Below the pieces are notes generated by a model. The model was not told the origin of the DNA, searched no databases, and saw only the letters and a list, made by a program, of their open reading frames with translations. From positions 1-37,919 of IMG/VR virus record IMGVR_UViG_3300037043_000294: a stretch of DNA of 37,919 nucleotides, one strand, 5' to 3'. This DNA comes from a virus (lineage: Duplodnaviria; Caudoviricetes). Made by a program: the position numbers and the translations under genes. This document shows positions 9,106 to 17,015 of this stretch, in pieces (the first letter of the stretch is position 1; each line of letters begins with the position of its first letter).

Positions 9106-9581
9106 TGCAACAGGAACTCGAAGCCATGAAACAACAGATGCAGGAAAAGATCGACGGGATAACCGCGCCCGGGTCCGTGGTGGTTGTGGACCTCGGCGGC
9201 TCTGACACCGTCCGCATCCTCGTTGACCGGTTCGACATCCTGTTTTCCCGACCCGTCATCGGCGCGGACGGCTCCGTGTCCGGCCATTACTACTGGGCCG
9301 TGTGTTTTGAAATGGGCTTCGATCAGGGCGGGCCGCAGAATGTCCGGCTGTTCAAAATGGAAAACGTCAAAGAGGAACGCTCCGACCTGTTTCGTTTCCG
9401 GGATCACCGGGGTTATTCATGTTTCATCGAAACCATCGATGAAATCGACGACGCCAAGAAAGCCGATTTCAAAAAGTGGCGGGAATACAGGAAACAGAAT
9501 CAAAAAGCGTTCGACAGGCTGTATCAGAATTTCACCGCCGAGGCGATGGAAATGGCGCTCAACTGGGAGAAACCGATCTGA
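9105..9581 (+). CDS. Hypothetical protein, candidate antidote/immunity protein for the MuF effector
   Basis: 158 aa, coupled by a TGATG overlap to the MuF fusion. No recognisable family; the role is inferred from position. Confidence 0.6.
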   Translation: MQQELEAMKQQMQEKIDGITAPGSVVVVDLGGSDTVRILVDRFDILFSRPVIGADGSVSGHYYWAVCFEMGFDQGGPQNVRLFKMENVKEERSDLFRFRDHRGYSCFIETIDEIDDAKKADFKKWREYRKQNQKAFDRLYQNFTAEAMEMALNWEKPI

Positions 9582-9928
9582 TGAAAATTCGTTATTTCAT
9601 CGAATACAAACGTCCCGACCCGAACAAGTGGGAGTTCATCCCCATCGGCGTCTGGGCGCACGGTGTGGACGACCGCTCCGCGTTCGAGGTGGGTTATATC
9701 CCCGGATACGATGCCGAGGAATGGGACGCGCAGTGTGTGGTAAACCGGATTGTCGAACAGGGAATCAAGGAACTGCCGGAGGATTTCCTCGAACGGCATC
9801 GTGACGCCGTTCCCGTTTATCTCGGCTCGCGCACAAAGGTGTTCGAGACGGACAAATACGGAAGCGTGACGGAACTCGTAAACGACCTGCTGGAGCAGAT
9901 AAGGAAAGGAAAAATCAAAAATGCATAA
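9581..9928 (+). CDS. Small acidic protein, weakly DUF3037-like, candidate kinase antidote
   Basis: Likely start ATG 9581 (TGATG overlap), 115 aa. N-terminus YFIEYKRPDPNKWEFIPIGVW resembles the DUF3037 pattern (Y..P...EF..IGV) as I recall it. Confidence 0.55.
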   Translation: MKIRYFIEYKRPDPNKWEFIPIGVWAHGVDDRSAFEVGYIPGYDAEEWDAQCVVNRIVEQGIKELPEDFLERHRDAVPVYLGSRTKVFETDKYGSVTELVNDLLEQIRKGKIKNA

Positions 9929-10067
9929 AATCATCGCTTTCCTTCAGAGGCTGCTCTCGGAGCGTTTTTACGGACAGGTCGTGTTCCGATTTGAGAACGG
10001 AAAAATCACGCATGTGGAAAAGATAAAAACGGAAGCGAAATGGGAGTTTAAGAATTTGCCGGAATAG
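9921..10067 (+). CDS. 48-aa DUF2292/YezD-like microprotein
   Basis: Below the ORF track cutoff. MHKIIAFLQRLLSERFYGQVVFRFENGKITHVEKIKTEAKWEFKNLPE, with the YG-V-x-F-x-x-x-x-GK-I pattern. AAGGA RBS; overlaps the upstream stop. Confidence 0.65.
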   Translation: MHKIIAFLQRLLSERFYGQVVFRFENGKITHVEKIKTEAKWEFKNLPE

Positions 10068-10082
10068 CCTAACGAAAAATTC

Positions 10083-10185
10083 AGTCCGGAAGTATTGAAA
10101 GCCGAGCCCGGTAAGTAAGTCCGGAAGCGTCGACTCAAGCCCGGTAACACGCGAGAGATCGCATGTTGCCGGGCTTTTTATTTTT
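10083..10185 (+). promoter_or_regulatory. Tandem-motif leader plus intrinsic terminator, copy 1 (candidate attenuator/antiterminator RNA)
   Basis: Units AGTCCGGAAGTATTGAAAGCCGAGCCCGGTAA (10083-10114) and AGTCCGGAAGCGTCGACTCAAGCCCGGTAA (10118-10147). The 3' end of unit 2 is the left arm of a terminator. Confidence 0.7.
10137..10185 (+). terminator. Rho-independent terminator
   Basis: Stem AAGCCCGGTAACACGCGA / GAGA loop / TCGCATGTTGCCGGGCTT (one G-U pair, one mismatch), followed by TTTATTTTT. Confidence 0.8.
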
Positions 10186-10199
10186 CCAAGAGGTGCTCA

Positions 10200-13100
10200 A
10201 TGGAAATCGAATTCAAAACAGACCTTGAGAGAATCAGCTTCCTTCTCGAAGCCGACGCGGAGCTGCGCCTCGGCCTTCTCGCCGCCGAGGGCAAACTGGA
10301 ACTCGTCACCGAAGAACTGCCACCGGAAGATCGCCCGAAGTATATCACCAACTTCATCGGCTCCAAACAGAAACTCGTGGACTGGATATGGGGAAATACG
10401 CCCGAAGACGTGGAATCCGTGTTCGACGCCTTTTCCGGCTCGTCCGTTGTCGGGTACATGTACAAAACCAAAGGTCTGCAGGTCTTTTCCAACGACCGGC
10501 TGTCCTACTGTTATCACGCCGCCCGCGCCATCGTCGAGAACAACAACACCCGCCTCTCCGAAAAGGATATCGAGGGGCTTCTAAAAGACCACAACTCCGA
10601 CGCCGGAACGTTCATCCAGAAAAACTTCCACGGTATTTTCTTCAAGAATGACGTCCTCGCCCTCCTGGACGTGCTTCGCGCCAACATTGACGCGCTGTCC
10701 GGCACCAAAAAGAGCATGGCGCTTTTCGCGCTGGGCAAGACGTGCATGTCCGGCGGCGGGTTCGGGCATTTCTCGTCCAGCACAAAAGGCGGGCAGCGGC
10801 ATTACACCATCGAGAGTTTTATTGAGCATTACCGGGACAACCTGCTCCGGATCAACGCGCTCGTCTTCGACAACGGCAAGGAGAACAAAGCGTTCAACGG
10901 CGACATCCTCGACACGGCTCCGAAAGTCAAAGCCGACCTCGTCTATTTCGATCCGCCTTACGCCACGCAGTTCAGTTCCACGAACTACGAAAAATATTAC
11001 CACTTCGTGGAAGGACTGATGGACTACTGGAAGGACAAGGAGATAGACCACAGCAAAAAAATACGGAACTACAAAATAGAAGACCCCGGCGTCACGCCCG
11101 TGACCGCGAAACAGTTCTTCACGGATTTCCTCACCGCTTCGAAGCACATCCCGAACTGGCTTATCTCCTACCGCGACAACGCATACCCCACCGAGTCCGA
11201 GATCAAGGGGATCGTCGCCGACCTCGGTAAAGACTCCCGCATGAAATCGAAGGATCACAAATATCAACTCGCGGGCAACAACCGCGGGGGCGAGCCCTCG
11301 AACGCGAAGGAGCGGCTCTTCGTGTGCGCCGATGAAAGTGAAGACGCCGCGCAACTGTCCGCCGCCGCCAACATGGAGGACATCGCCGACCTGTCCGCCG
11401 ATACAGATTTCGATCCGGACGTTCTCAGTACAATCGCCGGGGAAACGGATAATGTACTCGTGACCGGATATATCGGGAACAAACACTTCGTCATGAACTG
11501 GATAGACAAGAACTTCCCGAAGGACGCCAAGTCTCTTTTTGATGCTTTTTCCGGCGGCGCGAATGTCGCCTATTTCTACAAGCGCAAGGGGCTGCGGGTT
11601 ACGACCAACGACATCATGTCCTACCCGTACCACATTGCCCGGGCCGTCATCGAGAACAACAACGAAACCCTCTCCGACGAGGAATTCGCCGCGCTGCTTG
11701 AGAAAAATCCCGACGCTGGGACTTTCATAACCGATACCTTCTACGGCTACTACTACACGAAGCCGATTCTCCAGCTTCTCGACAACGTCTGGGCGAACAT
11801 CCAGAAACTGAAGGGATACAAAAAAGACATCGCGCTCGCCGCGCTTGGACATACGTGCAAGGCAAAGGCTGTGTTCGGGATGTTCAACCGCAGCAAGATG
11901 AACAGTACGCGGAAGATCAACGATCTGGCCGAGGGCTACCACTCATCGAGCATCGGCAATATCCCGCTTTCGGAATTTGTCTCGTCCTTTAAAAAATACG
12001 TCCGGCAGATCAACGGTCTTGTTTATGACAACGGTCAGGAGAACAAGGCGCACAACGAGGACATTCTGAAAATCCTGCCGGAAGTGAAAGCCGACGTCAT
12101 TTACTGCGACCCGCCGTATATCACTGAATTTGGCAGCAACGATTACGAGACCTACTACCACTTCGTGGAAGGCCTCATGACGTGCTGGAAGGACAAGGAG
12201 CTTTTCGATTCCCCGCGCCGCAATTTCGCATCGCGCACGAAGTACAACAAGGAAAGCATTGCTGAACTGATCGGCAATGTTGTTACTGCGGCGGCCAAGA
12301 GGTTTCCGCACATCCTCATCAGTTACCGGGACAAGGCGTTCCCGACAGAGAAGGAACTCAAGGGCATGGTCGTCGAGTCCTTCGGCGAAGTCAGCGTGAA
12401 ACGCATCGCCACGGAATACGGCCTCGTCAGACGCGAGTCCAACGCGGGCGGCAAATATACGAACGAGCTTCTGTTCATCGGGAAAAAGACAGGCGCAGGC
12501 GCAGCCAAGGCCGGGCGCGAAGACGACGACATCCTCGACGCGGTTGCGGATTCCGACTTCAAGATGAAGACGCAGAAGAATTCGCAGATCACTCTCGGCC
12601 ATTCCATCCTGCACAGGTGGTTCGCCGCGGGTTGGGATTCCGATGGAAAGAACGAAACCACTACGTGGACCCGCGATCAGGTCGTGACGGAACACACGCA
12701 CCTGCACAGTCTCGCGCTCGAGCGCAGCCTCGTCTTCTCCTACATCCCCGGCTCGATTGATGAATCCCTGCCGGAAGACCTCAAAAAACAGGTAATCGAA
12801 AATATGCAGAAATCAGAAGCCGCGGCCTCGACCGCTTCCGTACTGACCGGAAACCACACGACCATCATCGGCGACATCCGGCTTTCCGGCACGAACCCGC
12901 TCGCCGCAGAGGGAATCAGCCTGTCCGACAACAACGTCCAGGGCGACAAGGAATTCAGTTTCATCCTGACGCACGCGGGCGCGAACAAGAATGGAGACTT
13001 TTTCACGGTCGAGGAACTCTCCGCGCGGCACCAGACGGCGATCAACAAAAAGATCGACCTCAAGCATTCGCAGGATTTCACGGACATCGTCGGCGGGATA

Positions 13101-14054
13101 ATCGCCAGCGACTTCGTTCAGGAGGAGAACAACTCGTGGGTGGAATGCGTCGGAGAACTCTACGTCAACGACAACATCAACTCGCGCCTCGCTTACAAGC
13201 TGATCAAGAAAGGCATCATCGCGCAGGTATCGATGGAGTGCGATTACGAGGAAGGCGAATGCTCGATCTGCGGAAAGCGCGTGCGCAGCAAGGCGGACTA
13301 CTGTCTGCATCTGAAGAAATTCAAGGGAGGTGAGTTCAAAGGACAGCCAGTTTACGAAATTCTCCACGGCATAACTTTCACGGGTCTGGGTCTGCTGGAC
13401 CGCAAGGGCGCCGACGAGAACGCAAAGATAAAGCAGGTTGCGGAAAAACATACCAATGAAGGAGGTAACGACAGAATGGACGGAGAAAACAAGAATCCCG
13501 AAACCGATGAAACCGAGGCGGCGAAGAAAAACGCGCCCGGCGGCGGCGGTGGCAATGACGCCCGCGTCAAGGAACTCGAGAAGGAGAACAAAGACCTGAA
13601 GGATCAGCTCGATCAGCTCCAGAAGGAACTGGACAAGATCAATGCGGAACAGGCGGCTGCCGCGCGCCGGGCCCGCGCGGAAAAACTTGTCCTCGAGATG
13701 GAGAACCGGGGTGTCGATTTCGCGGACGAGGAAGACCGCGAAAGCGAGAGGAAACGGATCGCCGGGCTCGGCGATGATGCGTTTGAAGCGACCGAAGCTG
13801 CGGTCAAGCGCGTCAAGAAGAAAGACCCGAAAGCGCCGGATCAGACGCCGCCCGATCAGACGTTGCAGGACATCCAGAAGCAGAAGGACAAGAAGTCCCC
13901 GGCCAACAAAGGCAAGGCCGACTGCGGTTGCGGCATGAGCGCTGACGCGGGTGTCCGGCCCGCCGACGTGCAGGACGGCAAAGTGCCTCTCGAAGACCAA
14001 CTGAAAGACGGCTTCATGGCGGCGTACAACGAGCGCGTCGGCGCGACCAACTGA
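10200..14054 (+). CDS. Fusion of two tandem DNA adenine methyltransferases (D12/Dam-type, M.FokI-like layout), prohead maturation protease and scaffold
   Basis: MTase 1 (~10340-11330): FIGSK, FDAFSGS, ND, DLVYFDPPY. MTase 2 (~11465-12485): YIGNK, FDAFSGG, ND, DVIYCDPPY. Protease-like (~12950-13440): NKNGDFF, DLKH, VSMEC, CSICG..YCLH, FTGLGLL..GAD. Charged coiled-coil C-terminus. Located directly upstream of the capsid genes. Confidence 0.85.
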   Translation: MEIEFKTDLERISFLLEADAELRLGLLAAEGKLELVTEELPPEDRPKYITNFIGSKQKLVDWIWGNTPEDVESVFDAFSGSSVVGYMYKTKGLQVFSNDRLSYCYHAARAIVENNNTRLSEKDIEGLLKDHNSDAGTFIQKNFHGIFFKNDVLALLDVLRANIDALSGTKKSMALFALGKTCMSGGGFGHFSSSTKGGQRHYTIESFIEHYRDNLLRINALVFDNGKENKAFNGDILDTAPKVKADLVYFDPPYATQFSSTNYEKYYHFVEGLMDYWKDKEIDHSKKIRNYKIEDPGVTPVTAKQFFTDFLTASKHIPNWLISYRDNAYPTESEIKGIVADLGKDSRMKSKDHKYQLAGNNRGGEPSNAKERLFVCADESEDAAQLSAAANMEDIADLSADTDFDPDVLSTIAGETDNVLVTGYIGNKHFVMNWIDKNFPKDAKSLFDAFSGGANVAYFYKRKGLRVTTNDIMSYPYHIARAVIENNNETLSDEEFAALLEKNPDAGTFITDTFYGYYYTKPILQLLDNVWANIQKLKGYKKDIALAALGHTCKAKAVFGMFNRSKMNSTRKINDLAEGYHSSSIGNIPLSEFVSSFKKYVRQINGLVYDNGQENKAHNEDILKILPEVKADVIYCDPPYITEFGSNDYETYYHFVEGLMTCWKDKELFDSPRRNFASRTKYNKESIAELIGNVVTAAAKRFPHILISYRDKAFPTEKELKGMVVESFGEVSVKRIATEYGLVRRESNAGGKYTNELLFIGKKTGAGAAKAGREDDDILDAVADSDFKMKTQKNSQITLGHSILHRWFAAGWDSDGKNETTTWTRDQVVTEHTHLHSLALERSLVFSYIPGSIDESLPEDLKKQVIENMQKSEAAASTASVLTGNHTTIIGDIRLSGTNPLAAEGISLSDNNVQGDKEFSFILTHAGANKNGDFFTVEELSARHQTAINKKIDLKHSQDFTDIVGGIIASDFVQEENNSWVECVGELYVNDNINSRLAYKLIKKGIIAQVSMECDYEEGECSICGKRVRSKADYCLHLKKFKGGEFKGQPVYEILHGITFTGLGLLDRKGADENAKIKQVAEKHTNEGGNDRMDGENKNPETDETEAAKKNAPGGGGGNDARVKELEKENKDLKDQLDQLQKELDKINAEQAAAARRARAEKLVLEMENRGVDFADEEDRESERKRIAGLGDDAFEATEAAVKRVKKKDPKAPDQTPPDQTLQDIQKQKDKKSPANKGKADCGCGMSADAGVRPADVQDGKVPLEDQLKDGFMAAYNERVGATN
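13476..14054 (+). CDS. Probable nested, in-frame scaffolding protein (internal start)
   Basis: AGGAGGT at 13460-13466, 9 nt before an in-frame ATG at 13476. The 192-aa product has a heptad coiled coil (RVKELEKENKDLKDQLDQLQKEL). Analogous to lambda C/Nu3 and Mu I/Z. Confidence 0.7.
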   Translation: MDGENKNPETDETEAAKKNAPGGGGGNDARVKELEKENKDLKDQLDQLQKELDKINAEQAAAARRARAEKLVLEMENRGVDFADEEDRESERKRIAGLGDDAFEATEAAVKRVKKKDPKAPDQTPPDQTLQDIQKQKDKKSPANKGKADCGCGMSADAGVRPADVQDGKVPLEDQLKDGFMAAYNERVGATN

Positions 14055-14087
14055 AAAAAAAAGAAAGGAAAACGGAGGTAACCCATC

Positions 14088-14447
14088 ATGGCATATCTCA
14101 ATGCAAACCATCCCGGCCTCGCTTACGGCGACGGATACATGCAGGGCGCGGGCGGCATGGGGCAGTTCGTGAAGGCGGTCGGGAACGACACCTTCGCGGT
14201 AAACACCGACCCGGCGGTCCCGTCCGCGGGCGTCCTGATGAAGGACTACGTCGACGGCGAAATGCCCACATTCTGGTGCAACGGCGGCGTGTACGAGACT
14301 GACGTGTTCAGCGGCACGATCAACCCGAACGAGCTTCTGAAGATCGACGGCGCAGGCAAACTCGTCGGCGGCGGCACGAGCGCCAACGCGGTCGCCCAGG
14401 CGATCAGCGTGGCCGGCGGACTTCTGAAATTCAAACTGCTCGTTTAA
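14088..14447 (+). CDS. Head decoration/cement-like protein
   Basis: 119 aa, Gly/Ala-rich beta-type sequence, between scaffold and major capsid gene. GGAGG RBS. Confidence 0.65.
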   Translation: MAYLNANHPGLAYGDGYMQGAGGMGQFVKAVGNDTFAVNTDPAVPSAGVLMKDYVDGEMPTFWCNGGVYETDVFSGTINPNELLKIDGAGKLVGGGTSANAVAQAISVAGGLLKFKLLV

Positions 14448-14474
14448 CCCGAAAGGAAGGAGGAACAACCCAGC

Positions 14475-15338
14475 ATGGAAACGAAAAAGGTCAACACGAA
14501 CTCGCAGGAGTTCATGGAAACGATGGGCAAGCTGATGCGAGAGGCTCTGGAATCGCCCGAGGGCATGAGGGCGCTCGCGGCCGCCATCGCCGCGCCCATC
14601 GAGGCGGACATCGCACGCAAGGAAATCACCTCGCTTCTGCTCACGAAGCACAACCTGCCCAAAGGCGAGCGCGCCGTCTATCAGAAGAAACCGATTCTGA
14701 AGGCGTACTTCGTTTCGAAGGAAGGCGAGGCGCGGGAGCAGGAAATCGGCAAGGACGAGATCGAAATCCCGACGCACCGCGTCCACAGCACTCCGATGGT
14801 CGACATTTCAATTCTCAAGCATGGCAACATCGGCACGCTCACGGACATCCAGACGGCGTCTTCGGATGAAATCCGCAAGGAGATCGACAAGCGCACGATC
14901 ACCGTCATCTCCACAGCGGTGCCCGCGGCGAACACCGTCACGATCACCGGCGGGGTTCTGACCGAGGACAGCCTCAACGACGCCATCAGCATTCTCGAAG
15001 ACAAGGAACTGACCGTGAAGTACATCGTGCTTCGCGGAAAACGCTTCAACGAGATGCGGGCATGGGATCTCGACCCGGTCACCCAGCTCGAACTGCGTCA
15101 AAAGGGCATCATCAAGGTGTACGGCGGCGCGAACGTGCTGCTTACCTCCGCGGCTGATGTGAACGAAATACTTCTCATCCCCGACGAGGAAATCGGCAAA
15201 ATGCCCATCCGCGAGCCTCTCACTGCGGAAGCCATCGACAAGAAACTGAAGTTCAAAACCGGCTGGCTCATCTGGAGCGAACTCGGCATGGGCGTCACCC
15301 GCCCGGACATCGTCGCAAAGGTCGTCATCCAGCCGTAA
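14475..15338 (+). CDS. Major capsid protein (HK97 fold)
   Basis: Position and size (287 aa), strong RBS, HK97-like C-terminus GWLIWSELGMGVTRPDIVAKV. Confidence 0.8.
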   Translation: METKKVNTNSQEFMETMGKLMREALESPEGMRALAAAIAAPIEADIARKEITSLLLTKHNLPKGERAVYQKKPILKAYFVSKEGEAREQEIGKDEIEIPTHRVHSTPMVDISILKHGNIGTLTDIQTASSDEIRKEIDKRTITVISTAVPAANTVTITGGVLTEDSLNDAISILEDKELTVKYIVLRGKRFNEMRAWDLDPVTQLELRQKGIIKVYGGANVLLTSAADVNEILLIPDEEIGKMPIREPLTAEAIDKKLKFKTGWLIWSELGMGVTRPDIVAKVVIQP

Positions 15339-15352
15339 GCGAGGAGGAACGC

Positions 15353-15712
15353 ATGATCAAGATCAGAAATCTCACACCGGGCATTCTGCACATCCCCGCC
15401 GCGAAATTGCGCCTGCAGGGAAACGCGGTCGCGGAAGTCGCGCAGGTCACGCCGGAGATTCAGAAGCAGATCGACGCGGGCCGCATCGCCATCGTCACGG
15501 ACGAGGAAGCCGCGAAAACGGAAGCGCCCGCGGCGAAGTTGCCCGAGCCGCCCGCGGACTTCGACAAGCTCGACGAGGTGGACGCCATCGAGTACGTCGA
15601 GGACGAGACCGACCCGAAAGTGATCCAGTCCATTCTTCAAACCGAACAGCGCGGCGGCGTCATCGACGCGCTCAAGGGACGCCTGAAGGAGATCGGTGAT
15701 GCTCGCAAGTGA
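15353..15712 (+). CDS. Hypothetical head-associated protein
   Basis: GAGGAGG RBS, follows the capsid gene. C-terminal helical motif (E..EQRGGVIDALK) of the kind often seen after capsid genes. Confidence 0.55.
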   Translation: MIKIRNLTPGILHIPAAKLRLQGNAVAEVAQVTPEIQKQIDAGRIAIVTDEEAAKTEAPAAKLPEPPADFDKLDEVDAIEYVEDETDPKVIQSILQTEQRGGVIDALKGRLKEIGDARK

Positions 15713-16184
15713 CCTCGTCGCGTTGCTGCGGCTCGACATAGGGGACACCGCCGGGGAGATGCTCGGAGACGAGTATCTCACCCGGTGCGTGACCCGGGCC
15801 GTGTACGCGGTGAACAAGGATTTCAGCACGTCGTTCGCCGTGAACGCCGGAGACATCGCGCCCGACCCGTCCGGCGAACAGCAGGAATTCCTTCTCCTGA
15901 AGGCGCACATCTTCGTCTGCTCGCTCATGCGCTCGATTACCGCGAACAACTTCTCGTTCCAAAGCGGCGACAAGCAGGTGGACAAGACCAAGCAGCCGTC
16001 GTTCTGGGCGGACCTGCAGGGCGATCTGGAGAAGGATTACAAAGAGCGCGCGAAGAGCGCCGCTCCCGACAATGGAGGCGGTGTCGTGGACGACCCGGAC
16101 AACGGGATCATGGCCGCGCCAGCGTTAAGGCCCGCCATCTACGAACACGGGTATGTGGAGGAGCCGGATGTTGCTCTCAAATAA
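15699..16184 (+). CDS. Putative head-tail adaptor/connector
   Basis: N-terminal LRLDIGD motif typical of connector proteins; position after the capsid genes. Confidence 0.6.
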   Translation: MLASDLVALLRLDIGDTAGEMLGDEYLTRCVTRAVYAVNKDFSTSFAVNAGDIAPDPSGEQQEFLLLKAHIFVCSLMRSITANNFSFQSGDKQVDKTKQPSFWADLQGDLEKDYKERAKSAAPDNGGGVVDDPDNGIMAAPALRPAIYEHGYVEEPDVALK

Positions 16185-16530
16185 GGATAAGGCGTTCATC
16201 GCCGAATGCACTGCGGAACTCATCACGAGTTCCGAACGGACGGGCAAGCGTTATGTGCCTGACACGTCCGCCGAGAGAATCTACGGCACGGACGATGCGC
16301 CGTTTGTCCTGGACTGCGAGTTCCCGTTCGAGTTCGTGGAGACGCCATCCCAACTTCTCACAACGCAAAAGACGGATGCGACGATATCAGTCCTTCCGGA
16401 GCAGGAGATCAACGAGGGCGACCGGATCGAGTTCGAGGGCGTGCAATACAAGGCGCTGACGGTCGAGGCGCTGAACGTGTTCGGCGTCATCAGCCACAAG
16501 GTGATCACGGTTGCGAAGCTGTACCCATGA
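16168..16530 (+). CDS. Putative head-closure (stopper) protein
   Basis: ATG 16168 after GGAGGAG. Beta-rich, with INEGDRIEFEGVQYK typical of head-closure proteins. Confidence 0.6.
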   Translation: MLLSNKDKAFIAECTAELITSSERTGKRYVPDTSAERIYGTDDAPFVLDCEFPFEFVETPSQLLTTQKTDATISVLPEQEINEGDRIEFEGVQYKALTVEALNVFGVISHKVITVAKLYP

Positions 16531-17015
16531 AAGTGAAAAAGTTCGGGGACTGGAAGCGGCTGGACGCGGTTCTGAAAAACTGTCTTCCGGCCCGGATGGA
16601 AAAGGCCCTCAACCGCGCCGCGACAAAATGCGCGCTGCTTCTGGTGCGGGAGATCAAGAAAGGAATCAAGGCGCAGGCTCCGGGAGGTAAAAAGTTCACG
16701 CCGCTCGCGGAAGCGACCATCGAAAAGAAGGGATCGTCCAAGGCGCTCATCGACACCGGATTCCTGCTCAGCGCGATCACGCAGAAGATCGTAAGCGACA
16801 AAGCGTTCGTGGGACTTCTGCGGGGCACGCGAAACAAGGACGGAGACGAGATCGTCAACATCGGGGCGATCATGGAATTCGGGGCGACGGTACAGATGCC
16901 GAGCGGCGCGACCATCGTGATCCCGGCAAGACCGTTTCTGCATCCGGTGATGGAAAAATACCTGCCGGAAATCAAAGCCATTTTCGCGGAGGAAATCCTT
17001 GGCCTCATGCATTAG
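16527..17015 (+). CDS. Virion morphogenesis / neck protein (Mu gpG, HK97 gp10-like)
   Basis: PLAEATIEKKGSSKALIDTG, IMEFGA and IPARPFLHP motifs. Confidence 0.75.
   Translation: MKVKKFGDWKRLDAVLKNCLPARMEKALNRAATKCALLLVREIKKGIKAQAPGGKKFTPLAEATIEKKGSSKALIDTGFLLSAITQKIVSDKAFVGLLRGTRNKDGDEIVNIGAIMEFGATVQMPSGATIVIPARPFLHPVMEKYLPEIKAIFAEEILGLMH

Noticed and set aside
10083-10147. Direct repeats as a mini CRISPR array or att sites
   Set aside because: Only two degenerate units with 2-3 nt between them, no spacers and no cas genes. Overlap with a terminator in both copies points to an RNA regulatory role.
10200-12485. Restriction-modification system
   Set aside because: No endonuclease or specificity subunit is recognisable, and the MTases are fused to a head protein.
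13600-13865. Short tandem repeats GATCAGCTC x2 and GATCAGACG x2
   Set aside because: They simply encode DQL-DQL and DQT..DQT in the low-complexity scaffold.
5542-14786. Long minus-strand ORFs (5542..6744, 6862..8022, 10581..11942, 12813..14786); also 27942..29360
   Set aside because: They mirror well-supported plus-strand genes, have no motifs, and are expected from GC-rich codon bias.
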